Assembly (NCBI GenBank): GCA_044892505.1
Contig: CM097882.1
Span: 524,716,146-524,770,000 of the forward strand
Length of the DNA: 53,855 bases
Source: Schmidtea nova
Lineage: Eukaryota
Direction of reading: 5' to 3'
Position 1 is the stretch's first letter; every line of letters begins with the position of its first letter. Both the position numbers and the translations under genes were made by a program. Below the pieces are notes generated by a model. The model was not told the origin of the DNA. It ran no database searches and saw nothing but the letters and a program-made list of their open reading frames with translations. Below are positions 12,560-24,206 of this stretch, in pieces.

Positions 12560-13010
12560 GTCAGAAATAATAAAAACAACTAAACAATTTCCAACCACCA
12601 ATTTCCAACATCTTCAAACATAAATGTCTTTGCCGTTCCACAACCCTATACTTTTGCTTTTCCAAAAATATAGTATATAAACTTTCTTGTCAAAAATGTG
12701 ACGCTACTTACATAGGAGAAACACATAGAACTTTTCGCACCCGACTTAATGAACACACTAAAAACAAAACCAGTAATTATTACGAACACTGGGAGAAAGT
12801 ACATAAAACAACTCCATCTATAGAAGAAACAAAATGCCAGATCCTACAAAAGGGATTAAAAATTCATTACAAAGATTAGCTTCCGAAACTTTATACATAA
12901 AAAAATACAAACCGTCCATCAACATTCAATTCACACAAAAAAATTAAAATAAATTTTTTTCATCCAATAAAATCATTATAAAATATAAAAAAATAATTAA
13001 GGTTACTATT
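12560..13010 (+). mobile_element. 5'-truncated Penelope-like retroelement, GIY-YIG endonuclease C-terminal fragment
   Basis: NIVYKLSCQKCDATYIGETHRTFRTRLNEH..ETLYIKKYKPSIN is the Penelope GIY-YIG signature (VYxxxCxxC..YIGET.R..R..EH). Confidence 0.85.
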
Positions 13011-13036
13011 TAGGATTAGGTCAATATGACGATAGA

Positions 13037-13078
13037 AATACACACTTGATAAAGGCTGTGCCGAAATATTGTGTTATT
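13037..13078 (+). ncRNA. Minimal type I hammerhead ribozyme in a Penelope-like pseudo-LTR
   Basis: AATA-C-ACAC [UUGAUAA] A GGC-UGU-GCC [GAAA] UA U U / GUGU-UAUU: helix I, core with U3/A8, 3-bp helix II, palindromic AUAU helix III, predicted cleavage after 13070. Located just downstream of the GIY-YIG ORF. Confidence 0.65.
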
Positions 13079-13537
13079 GTTTATAAAAAAATTTTGATCT
13101 ATAGTCATCATTATGATAATTATGGATAATAATAACTAAACAAAGCCTAGAAAAAAATCCAAATTAAAAGAATTACCAAGTAAATTCCAAAAACTAATCA
13201 CAGCTCTAGTCCAATTCCAACCAAAACCCACGCATACAGAATATACACACAATTTGACCCAGACTCAAACAACCTGCTTGAATGCAACTCTGAAATGCAC
13301 ACATGCGAATTGACCAATACCTTAGAATTCATTGCTCTTTAAGTAATATCCCTTATTTAATATTCATTATAGCTGTCAGAAGTTTAACTTTTGTGGTCAC
13401 ATTTTTACATATGGGATTCTGGCTCCAACTCCATCTCCTACTTGTGTAAGCCACTGTCTGCATATAACTTTCTCAGTTATTTAAAAACAAAATGACGAAT
13501 TATCTAAAATTACAGTTTTGTTCTTTATAGTCTAAAG

Positions 13538-15790
13538 CAGTCTTTCTCAAACTTTTTGCGTAAAATACCTTTTTGTTATTTATTTAATTTTTAAGTACCC
13601 CAGTAAAACTTTAAATATTCACATGCAACTAAAGCATTAATTTTGACGACTACATATAGTTATTATTTATATATATATAGTTATATATATATAGTTATTT
13701 ACTACATATAGTTATATAATAAAAACCAACGTTCCCTCTAATTTGAGCGGCTGAGCTGCCGAACCTAATAGTTTCCGGACACCTGAAATTTTTTTAATTT
13801 TTTTCCTCCAAATTTTCAGAATTTTTTACTTTTTGTTCTATGAAAATCAGATTTTGCTATTGCGAATTTGGTAATTTTTTGCTGTGAATTTCATTTTATA
13901 CAGTGAAGTTAGCAATGGCTGTGAGTTTATTGCCAAAAATTTTCCAGTTTGAAAGTTATTTTTTTATTATCATAACTTGTTTTTAGAGTTTTAATTTTAT
14001 TTAATAAAAAATATTTTCAAAAAAATTTGGCAGTTTTTCTTTTACTAACAAATAATTGCCCACATAAATTTTCTGCGGCTCATGTTGTGAAAAAATTAGA
14101 GGCTGCAACTGAAATATCTATTGTTGGCTTAATGCTGCTGCGAGCTAAAATTATATCATTTTTGGGGCACAACCTATTTCTAATTTTATTTCTTAATTCC
14201 GTTAGCACAGAAAAGCTAACTTCACACAAATACATAGTTAGAAGCCTCATTTCTTAATTCACTATACTCATTATTAGTATTTTTTCCAAAAAGTTAAATC
14301 ATCTTCTTCCATTTTCAATGTGTCATCTGCAGAAAACTGCATTAGTTTTTCCTTAGTAATATCTGAAATTCTAGCTTCTTCAATAAATTTGTCATTAAAT
14401 TCATTTATTCAAGGAAAATATTGTTTGAAGTTTAATTCTAAATTTGTTAAATGTGTGATTATTGTGGTTTTGAAACTTTCACTTAAAGTAATTTCGTTTT
14501 CTTGTACAAAGTTAACAATATTTTCTTCTTGAATGCATTTACTTTATCACGAGTTCCTAAAATATTTGAATTAACTCCCTGCAACTGAAGATTTAGGTCG
14601 TTGTTTATCAAAAAATATCAAAAAGATATGCCAATTTGCAAATCTATATTTCCTTTTCAAAACATTGAGCGTATTCAAGGTTTATTTCTCTTAGGAAAAC
14701 AGCAACCTCTGCTTTTAACGAAAATTCGATTTAATAGCTCNNNNNNNNNNNNNNNNNNNNNNNNNNNNNNNNNNNNNNNNNNNNNNNNNNNNNNNNNNNN
14801 NNNNNNNNNNNNNNNNNNNNNNNNNNNNNNNNNNNNNNNNNNNNNNNNNNNNNNNNNNNNNNNNNNNNNNNNNNNNNNNNNNNNNNNNNNNNNNNNNNNN
14901 NACGTTGTATTTGAGGTTTAAGTCCCAACATAGATGCTGCATCAGTGCAGACTGACACGTGCCATGTGCATTGTAAACCATTGTTTCAATTTGTTCTGCT
15001 GTAGTTCTCATATTTAGTTCTTTACATCTGTATATTTGTTCATTTATTCCTTGGACATCATTGTCATCAATATATCTAAAAGATACCATCATTTATGCGC
15101 TATTTCATAATGTCCGTCAATTCGTCAAGCTGTAATGCAAACTGTTTTATTAAAATTATTTTTTCGTTAACTTGTTTCATGATATCTTCCACTATATCAC
15201 TAATTATTCGTTTAATAGCATCATTCGAACATGTTTTGTTTTATTATATCTACTTCCGTTTTATCGAACATAATTTCTGCAATTTTTAAAGCACCAGGAA
15301 CAATAAGATTTTCAGCAATTGTATGCGCCTTCCTTGATTTTGTCACCAAGTGTGCAATTTCTAAAGATTTTTATAAAATTTTTTATGATAATTTAGTAAA
15401 CCTTTTCATTGAAATACTGGAATTATTAAAAATTTCTAATTTTCTCTGAAAAAAAATCAAGCGTTTCGTCTTCTAATTGAGGATGTTTTGTACGTAAGAG
15501 TCTTTTTAATAAGAACAGCTTCATACAGGGATTTGAGAGTTTTCGCAACTAATCACACAAACTGGCAAGGGGGAACTTTTGCTTTTGTAGTAAATCCGAA
15601 ATTGGGGAAATTTATATTATATCGACGAATATTTTTATTTATTAAAAGTTCGAAATTTTCATGTTTTTTTAAACTGGTTTTTCCAAATCTTCGGTATGTT
15701 CTTCTTCATTCTCCTGCTACGTATTCTCTTCAACACTAATTTTATACTCTTCTAATTCCACAGTACTTCTCTTATTTAATTTGATCAGAA
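13538..15790 (-). mobile_element. Degenerate Buster-type hAT (ZBED5/SCAND3-like transposase pseudogene)
   Basis: End CAGTCTTTCTCAAAC preceded by GTCTAAAG (nnnTAnnn site). Minus-strand blocks RTKHPQLEDE..FFQRKL, VTKSRKAHTIAENLIVPGA, LQLDELTD, VCTDAASMLG and YLCEVSFSVLTELRNKIRNRL. The other TIR was not found. Confidence 0.8.
14741..14900. other. Assembly gap (N run)
   Basis: Run of N. Confidence 1.
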
Positions 15791-16059
15791 ATCAGTTAAT
15801 TGCTACTTATAGGTTACCGAAAAAATTTAAATTTACATGAAAGTTATACAAACTTTTAATTAGTTCAACAAATATTGCTAATTAATTAAATTAACTTCAA
15901 TGTTTTTAAGTTCACTACAAAATATAAATTCAGCGCAAAATTCAGTAATATAATATCATTATGCCGAACAATATTTTTGTGGTTATTAAATCAAATTGTA
16001 ATTAACGTAGCAAATGTCAGCACCATATGCAATATTTTCTGCAATAAGCTTTTGGAATC

Positions 16060-17136
16060 GGGTATTATTATTTCGTCACTTAAATTAGAAACATGGTCAC
16101 TTATTTTTTATTAAATTTGTCTCTTTAATTACATAAATGTGCTCGTCATTTAATTAAATTGTCTATTAAATTTATTGAATGATCACTAGGTCTAAATGGT
16201 CTCTTTAATTAAAAAAGTTGTCTCTTAATTTATTTATTTAGTCACTTATTTTAATTTAATGGTCTAATTTTGTGATTAACGATCACTTATTAATTTTGTC
16301 TTACAATATCCATTAGATAATTATTTTGAATAATTATTTTACATAAATGTGCTCGTCATTTAATTAAATTGTCTATTAAATTTATTGAATGATCACTAGG
16401 TCTAAATGGTCTCTTTAATTAAAAAAGTTGTCTCTTAATTTGTTTATTTAGTCACTTATTTTAATTTAATGGTCTAATTTTGTGATTAACGATCACTTAT
16501 TAATTTTGTCTTACAATATCCATTAGATAATTATTTTGAATAATTATTTTACATAAATGTGCTCGTCATTTAATTAAATTGTCTATTAAATTTATTGAAT
16601 GATCACTAGGTCTAAATGGTCTCTTTAATTAAAAAAGTTGTCTCTTAATTTGTTTATTTAGTCACTTATTTTAATTTAATGGTCTAATTTTGTGATTAAC
16701 GATCACTTATTAATTTTGTCTTACAATATCCATTAGATAATTATTTTGAAAGTGAGCAAACGTAGAAAACGTTAGTTGGCCAAATTAAACTCAAAAATGA
16801 TCATCTTCTGTTTATTTTACTCTAAAATGTTAACTTAAATTTTGTGGCTATGGTTTGTCATTTTTCTTATTAAAATTTTTTTTACATAAAAATTCAATTA
16901 AATTTCAAATAAACATTTTGAACAGCTTACATTTTTTTATTTAAGTGACTATTAAAGTAATTTAAGTGACCATATTTGGTAAATTTAAGTGCTCACTTAT
17001 ATTTAATTTTGAGTGATCAAGTTAGTAATTTAAGTGACCAAATCTGTAATTGAAGTGATCGCTTATGATTTATTAAAGTGATCAAAAATATTAAGTGATC
17101 ATTTATGTAATTTAAGTGAGTGGATAATCACCACCC
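16060..17136. mobile_element. Non-autonomous Mutator/foldback-like element
   Basis: Imperfect TIRs GGGTATTATTATTTCGTCACTTAAATTA and (reverse complement) GGGTGGTGATTATCCACTCACTTAAATTA. TTTTGGAAT is repeated on both flanks (16050-16058, 17137-17145). Many G(A/G)TCACTTA motifs on the left are mirrored by TAAGTGA(C/T)C on the right. Confidence 0.65.
16129..16750. repeat. Tandem repeat, about 3 x 210 bp, nearly identical units
   Basis: ACATAAATGTGCTCGTC recurs at 16131, 16341 and 16551. Confidence 0.95.
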
Positions 17137-17373
17137 TTTTGGAATTTTTATTTGGAAGCATCATTAATTTGATATTAATTCGCGACAAGATTTTTTAATC
17201 TAAACTCAACAATCAATTAATGGTGAATTAAGTTTATTTTATACTCTATTTATATTTTTGTAGATAAAATCATGTCCGTTTTCAATTGAAAAATGGATGA
17301 ATTGTACCCAAAACTAATGACCCACTTTTCTTATTGTACAACAGACATTTTACTATTCAAAATCTGAGTGTTA

Positions 17374-18651
17374 CGTGGTGCGTTCAATAAGTACCCGACC
17401 AAAGGTAAAAAATGTAATGACAAATTTTAGTTTTTTTGTGTAAATAAATAAATAAATATAGGTATTAATTTCAGTTATTGTTTTATTTTATCAAACGCAT
17501 TAAAATTTTTATTGTGACATTTTGAATTTTAGTCGGTGTAATGATTTCAGACGTTGAGTATCGCAGCGTTATCAAGTTCTTTGTGTTGCAGAAGAAGACG
17601 TGCAGTGAAATCTACGATCTTTTGCAGTCAACTTACCTACATGACTCCCCATCTCTGACAACTGTTAAATATTGGGTCAGAGAGTTTAAAGGTGGTCGCA
17701 CCTCCGTTTTTGATCAAGAAAAATCAGGTCGGCCACCAGAAATTTTTCACACAGTTGATGAAAAATTGGAGAAGATTGTCCAAGAAGAGCGTCGAATCAC
17801 CATGAAAATGCTGTCAACGAAGCTCAACATCAGTTTTGGTACAGCCCACGCAAAATTGAAATACATGGGTATCAGAAAACTGTGCTCCAGATTCGTACCC
17901 CACTTCTTGACTGGTGAAATGATGCGAAACCGCTTGGAGTGCAGTCAGAACAACTTGAACCTGTGGGACCAGCATGGTGAGACTTTACTGGCAAATTTAA
18001 TAACGGAGGATGAAACCCCACTCAGTATGTATTTGCCGGAAACAAAGAGTGAGTCAGCAGAGTGGAAACTGCCTGGAGAGAAGCCATCTTTGAAGATGCG
18101 AACGGGGACAAGTCATGGGCGAGCGATGATGCTTTCCATTTTCTGGGATCATAAAGGTGTTATTCTCATTTATTTCGCGGATAAAGGCATCACCATCAAC
18201 GCTGCCTATTACAGCAAAGAATAGACGGAAGCAGAAGAATACGCCACTATGGTTTCTCCACGACAATGCGCCAGTGCACACAGCGGGCGTTTCTCGGGCC
18301 ACAATTGAAGGTGCTGGACTAGTGCTTGTGGATCATCCGCCGTACAGCCCAGATTTGGCACCAAGCAATTTTTACCTCTTTAGACACCTAAAGAAGCATT
18401 TGAGAGGCACCCAGTTTGGATCCAAAGACGATTTGAAGGTTGCCGTGGAGGATTTCTTCAATGCATGTCCCCGAGATTTCTTCAAAAATGCGTTTTCTGA
18501 GTTTATTATTCGTTGGCGGAAGTGTGTGGAGCGAAATGGACATTATGTTGAAAAATAATGCCTACATACGTTAAGCTTGTTGCGTTATAAAAATGGCCCA
18601 TTTTGGAATTCGTTTTCTTCGTCAGGTCGGGTACTTATTGAACGCACCACG
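17374..18651 (+). mobile_element. Full-length mariner (1,278 bp) with perfect 27-bp TIRs
   Basis: CGTGGTGCGTTCAATAAGTACCCGACC at both ends in inverted orientation, TA flanks. Confidence 0.95.
17541..18558 (+). pseudogene. Mariner DD34D transposase, frameshifted near 18220 and with the third Asp changed to Asn
   Basis: TEDET, HDNA, 34 residues, then YSPDLAPSNF. ORF split into 17541-18224 and a second frame ending at 18558. Confidence 0.9.
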
Positions 18652-19858
18652 TAACTCCTATCATTATACACCAACAGTCTGTAATTAAGGGCTACAAAGA
18701 TACTAAATACAGGCAGTTGGTGAGTAATACTATTTATTAAGTGCTTATTTTTTTAATTTAATTTTTTTAACTATATATTTAAGCTATTTTAGCATATTAT
18801 AAATTTATTTAATATTTAAAGTTATATACCAATTTATTTTATGTAGATATTTTTTACATATTTATAAAATACAGAAAAAAGTAAGTCATTATAATTTTAT
18901 TCGGTAATAAAATTACATTTGCTTATTTACATGTCCCCCAAGAATTCCTCTTTGAATAAAGTCTTTGGGAAGAACCTTTTAATATGATCATTATAATTTT
19001 TCAATTGAAAATATAATCCTTTTTCTAATTTTTCCTCCACAAATCTTTTGACTAATTCCATACGAATTTTATTATCAGCTTATCTTTTAAAAATCTGGAT
19101 ATTATTTTTGTGGATACATTGCAGCGAATTGTATCCAGGAAGTAGCCCAATAATTGTGATCCACAAAATCTAATAATTGTGTTCCATTTTTTCAGTTATT
19201 AGGCTGACATGTTTTCTGCTTCTTTTCCCTTATGTAAAAAGGCCAGTTTTTTCCACCTCGACACTATGTTTTAATAGATTTAGGTTCAAAACCCATTTAC
19301 CGGCCGAATTACTTGTATTTGTAATTTGTTGTCATTTTTAAAATCTCTATAAAACTTAAGTTAAAAATTAAAAATTGAAAATTGTTTTACGTTTTTTTGA
19401 TGTTTTCTTTCTACAGTTTCGGCGTTTGAGACATTGTAGCTTCATTTTCTACATTTCTAAAAATATTTTTTATTAAACTTTTTAATATAATTGTAAATTT
19501 ACATTTTTTCTTGATCCTCTCCAATAAATGTCATGGTTAATTCAGGCAAAGCTTCTGAAATATCTTCATAAATCATGATTATTTAAAATTTGAAAATCCC
19601 TTAATTAAAGACTGTTACTTAAATTATGTTCACGTGTTTGTACTTTTCATTATAGGTTTTTTGTGTGTTGTGTATGTGTTTTTTGACCTAATTTAGTTTT
19701 CTTATTTTCTATAGTATAGGCCCGTAATTTATGACTGCTTTTTTTCTTTGTCCTAATCTGTAGTAGGTTTGTATTTTTTTTCTATATATAAAATAATTTG
19801 TTATTATAGATACTTTAATTGTTGCCTGCCTGGCCTTTAATTTATGCCCTTTGGTATG

Positions 19859-19862
<4 letters not shown>

Positions 19863-19894
<32 letters not shown>
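19863..19894. repeat. (TA)n microsatellite
   Basis: About 16 TA units. Confidence 0.95.
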
Positions 19895-19896
<2 letters not shown>

Positions 19897-20169
19897 TACT
19901 ATCTCGATCGAAAACCTGAAAATTAGCAATAAAATGCTAAAATACCAAAACAGTTCAAATTAAGAAGGATTTCTAACAGGTTCAAATGTTTTACTCTTTA
20001 ATTTTACATTTACTTTAAATCTCATTTAAATTTTTATGCCTAGTTACCATGAAAATTTATGATCTACTTTAAATAAATTTAAGTTGACCTACTTTTTTAG
20101 GGTGGTTGACTTATGTCTGAAAGGCTCACATTTTACTAAATATAATATTTTGACAAATTTTGCGATACA

Positions 20170-20950
20170 CTGAAATATTAAGAGTATGTTAAACATCTTA
20201 CTTCAAAATCACTGTCAGAAACGAATAGGGAATGTCGCCTCGAAAGTGTGAAATTTGTGAGATACCAGAAACCACAATTTTCTCCAACTTTGAAATACCT
20301 TCATAAAAACAAATTTCAAAATCCAATCAACCGAAAATAAACTTATGTCTTTTGAATTTTTATTAAGTTTGGTCTTTGGTATGACTTACTGCATGAAGTA
20401 AATATTGTGAACAAGATATTTCAAAATTCCAATATAGATATTGGTATAGTAAATTTACATTCAAAAGACCTTTAAAATTCTTTGAAAAGTATTGTGAATC
20501 TGGAAATAGTCAAATCTTTTTTAATAACTGCAAAGTAAATAATTGAAAATCACACCTGGATTTAGGAATCAAGGAACTTGGCGAAAAAAACAATTTTTTA
20601 ATGAAGTAACCGACCAAGCCATTTCATCAGGCAAAGATTGTTCCTGAATTCAATATTTTACATCATAATCGACAGTAAGGTTATTTCTTTTAAGAAAAGA
20701 TTCGAAATTTATGACAAACATGAGACATCATATAGTTTTCTATATAATTCGAATAATATTCAGGAACTGACTGAAGAGGATCCTCTCAAATGTTACAAAC
20801 ACTTTAATGTCTCCTTGCAAGAAGATTTTTATTCCATTGATTTAAGAAATAAAATCAAAATTTGTCGTCAAGTTTAACCTTCCAAATTCACAATATTACA
20901 AATATTATATTATTTATTTATAAACTAATGTGTTACCCGTCAAAAATGAC
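20170..20950 (+). pseudogene. hAT (ZMYM1/Tip100-like) transposase relic
   Basis: Blocks LTSKSLSETNRECRLESVK (compare LKPLSxTRWESR..SV), EFLLSLVF/WYDLLHEVNIVNKIFQ and KRFEIYDK..SFLYN, broken by frameshifts. Confidence 0.6.
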
Positions 20951-21765
20951 GGAATTTTTGAAATATTTTTAATACTTTACTTTTTTTAAAGTAGAAAGTA
21001 GTATTATTAATCGTTAGATAGCTTTGGAAAAGATGCTTAAAATACTTTTTGTTTGAGCTTTCTATTATTTAAAATGACAGATGTATAATAAAAAAATGTC
21101 AAAAGAAACTGTCATGTAAAATAAATTCATCACAATTGGGAATGAGATAAAACGTACTATACACCGTTAAAAAGCTTTTGAAAAGATCTTTAAAACACTT
21201 TTAGTTTGAGCTATCTATATTAAGAAATAAAAATGTTATGAGTTAGCGAAAGCAGAGTTACACACAAACAAACAAACATACATCGGAAATTATATATGTA
21301 AATAATTTATTTGAATTGTATCACAATTTGGTTACTGTTCTCAAAATAATATTAACCTCACCAATTATCATCCAAAAATGACTTATTATTACTCAAAGAA
21401 ATATTTCAACTCTCTGAATATCACCTTTGAGTTCTTTTCGGTATAACGGACAAAAACAGTAAAAACATTTTTTTTTAATTTTATAATATAAATGATGAAA
21501 ATTAAATACTTCATTGACATATTTGTGTTACAGTTATCCTTTCTATTACCCGGTGTTTTCATAATATGGTATCCACATAACTTGCTTGAAAATTTACGAC
21601 ACGCCCTCCTTTTACGCAGGAGGTTTCGATATAACAACTCAATATCGACAACTCAAAATTATTTATGACGCATTAATTTTTTATGTACGTGTTAATATCG
21701 CATTCTATAGGCGAAAAGACACTTTTTTAGTACTGTCAGAGCAATATTTGTTGTTATGTGCAACG

Positions 21766-21830
21766 TGTATGTATGTATGTGTATGTATGTATGTGTATGT
21801 ATGTATGTATGTATGTATGTTTGTATGTAT
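21766..21830. repeat. (TGTA)n microsatellite
   Basis: Imperfect TGTA array. Confidence 0.9.
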
Positions 21831-22637
21831 AGGTCAGCCATTACCACTATTATTTGTATACATATTTACACCATAGATAGCTTAATTTACTTTCTCAAAT
21901 CGTCCAATTATAATACAGTTCAGTGGATCAAAACGAATATAAGGCGGTATGAATTAATGTGCTTTGTACTAATCCTGGGTTACTTATAATGGGTTTTCCA
22001 TATAACGCGGTACGCATTGATCGGGTTATAATAGGATTCACTGTACTGTATAATTTATACAGTAAAATTAAACTATTTATGAAAAGTTTCCCAGATTTCG
22101 GGAAAAATCAACAATTTAAATCTTAAAAAATCAATTATTTACTTTAAAATATAAAAATCAGGCAGAAATCTCTTCTTTGTTGTCGTTTCTGATGAAAATT
22201 ATTCTGTGAGAAATATGAATTCATCATTTTACTTGAAAAGTTTATCTTTAATCTACATCGCAAAGATAGTCTAGTGCCATCGTTCAGAAATTGTTTTTTT
22301 TTGACAATTCAAAGAAAATCTCAAATAGAATTGATCGATTTTGTTATTTCTATAAATTATACACGTTAAAAATTGAGTTTACAGAGAAATTCCAAAATTC
22401 CAATTATTGAGTTTGTCGTGAACTTAGAATCAGTTTTCATTGTGTTCAGATTGTTCTAAATCTTTACTATTTTTTTGACGTTAAAAGAAAAATTAAATAT
22501 TTTTTTCAAGAATTATATAAAATTTATTTAGAATTATATAGAAAAGGGTAAAGTCAAAATAGGCATGAACAACAATGTAATGAATTAATGAAGTAATTTT
22601 GTTGTGAAATTCAATTAGACATAATTGTATGACTAAA

Positions 22638-22838
22638 GATCAAAATTACTTTTTTATACACAATATTTCGGCACAGTCTTTATCAAGTGTGTATAAACAC
22701 ATTTTATTAAGTTTGTGCGGAAATATCGTGTATAAAAATAAAATTTTGATCTAGTAATTATGAATAATTATGAAAATTATAGATAAAAATAAAAAGAGAT
22801 CAAAGGTGAGACCAAAGGTGAGACCAAAAGATAATTAT
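22638..22838. repeat. Penelope-like pseudo-LTR inverted pair with hammerhead motif (minus copy 22657-22692)
   Basis: ACACAATATTTCGGCACAGTCTTTATCAAGTGTGT followed by a degenerate inverse, then AGATCAAAGGTGAGACCAAAAGATAATTAT as in the other copies. Confidence 0.6.
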
Positions 22839-23053
22839 GAAATTTTTATGGTTGTTTCAAAAGATTTGGAGGTTCTTGACTCATTTGAAAAAAAACTATT
22901 GATATCCAAAGAATATGAATGAGAGAATTCCTTTGGTTTCTTGACGTTCGAACTAGACAATTTATTGAACCGTCTGATCAAATGATGTATAATTTACATC
23001 TTTTAGTTTTTTCATCTTTTATCTCTTTTTCATTTTTAGAAATTTTTCTTTAA

Positions 23054-23600
23054 CCCCTTTACCGTGGAAAAAAAATTTTGTTATGCAAACAGTGTATTTA
23101 TTTCTTTCATAATTTGATATGTTATGTTGTCCTGGCCAAATAATATGTTTTTTAAGTGAAAATGAATTGTCTTTTAGAAATTGTGAGGAAAATAAGAAAA
23201 ACCTGAATTGTCGTACTCTTTTTAAAAAAATTTAAAAATTTTTTTAACACTTCTACAAATGTTCTCTACTAAATTGTATGGTTCGATAACGAACTAAACT
23301 GATTAGTATATATGATGTCAATTGTTTTTAGTAATCATATTTGGTGTGATAAACACCAAAACATGGAGCTGTTACATAGTGCTGTATCACACTCCGGACA
23401 GTAGTATCGTGTCTCTACGAAATTTTCTTCCATCGGGACCAGGTATGTTTCAACACACTTTACATCTCTTTGTTGATGTTTGTTTTACAGCATTAGCTGG
23501 AATAAACATAGGGAAATGTTGAGCAGTTAGACGTAGAGAATTACCGGTTTTGTTCGATGGTCTACTTCGGCGTTGCAATTGAAACACCAAAAGCCACAAC
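23054..23600 (-). mobile_element. piggyBac 3'-end relic (cysteine-rich C-terminal domain)
   Basis: TTAA followed by CCCCTTT at 23050-23060. Minus strand LRLTAQHFPMFIP..TSTKRCKVC..RRDT matches the piggyBac RLxxxHFP..RRCxVC CRD. Confidence 0.65.
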
Positions 23601-23759
23601 GCGCATACAGACGAGAGACTCACATCCAAATCACCAAATGCGTACACAGGAACGAGGTAAATACAACAAATGCGCGCAAACAGACGTGACCACCAAATAT
23701 TATCAAAATTCGTAGCTCATACAGGCGCGAAAACAAATTATTTCTCAATATAACTTTCT

Positions 23760-23980
23760 TTAACACTTATTCACTTTCTCCAAAGGTCCACTATTGATTT
23801 AAAATCCACTTCGAATAATTCTTGTTTCTTCACTGCAACAATTTTTTTCACATTTTACTTCAAATCATGCTTTTATTTAAATATTTTGTCATTAAATTCT
23901 TTCTTCAGATGATTGGAAAACTAAACATTACTAGGTGCAAGATCTCGGTTGTATGGTGAATGTTCCAAACTCACATTTTG
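23760..23980 (-). pseudogene. Mariner transposase C-terminal relic
   Basis: LEHSPYNRDLAPSNV*FSNHLKKEF..KHDLK. Confidence 0.65.
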
Positions 23981-24206
23981 CTATTATTTCCTGTGTTCAA
24001 TAAGATGTGTGGATTGGTGCCTGTAAAGGTCCTGGTTTCGTGACTTGTGTTATATGATCCTAACTTCATTGATCAAAATCGAAAGCAAACTTTCGTCAAT
24101 CTATCACCTCTGACGGTAAATACAATGGAACGAACTTGCTACACAATTTCCTGATTTTTAATTGATCCAACATAATACGTATTATTATCTTGCAAACATT
24201 TAGTTA

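Noticed and set aside
13727-14110. Possible Tip100-like insertion in the Buster 3' end (CCTCTAATTT inverted pair)
   Set aside because: Only about 10 bp of inverted match, one end incomplete and no TSD found.
16129-16750. Regular repeats (also the 61-bp and 25-bp LTR repeats) considered as CRISPR-like arrays
   Set aside because: The units are contiguous with no unique spacers, the context is eukaryotic and there are no cas genes.
21586-21989. ORFs with MYVCVCMYV repeats
   Set aside because: They are translations of the (TGTA)n microsatellite.
21531-22043. Possible pogo/Tigger-like MITE (TA-CAGTTATCC.. and ..GGATTCACTG-TA)
   Set aside because: The two ends match too poorly to call with confidence.
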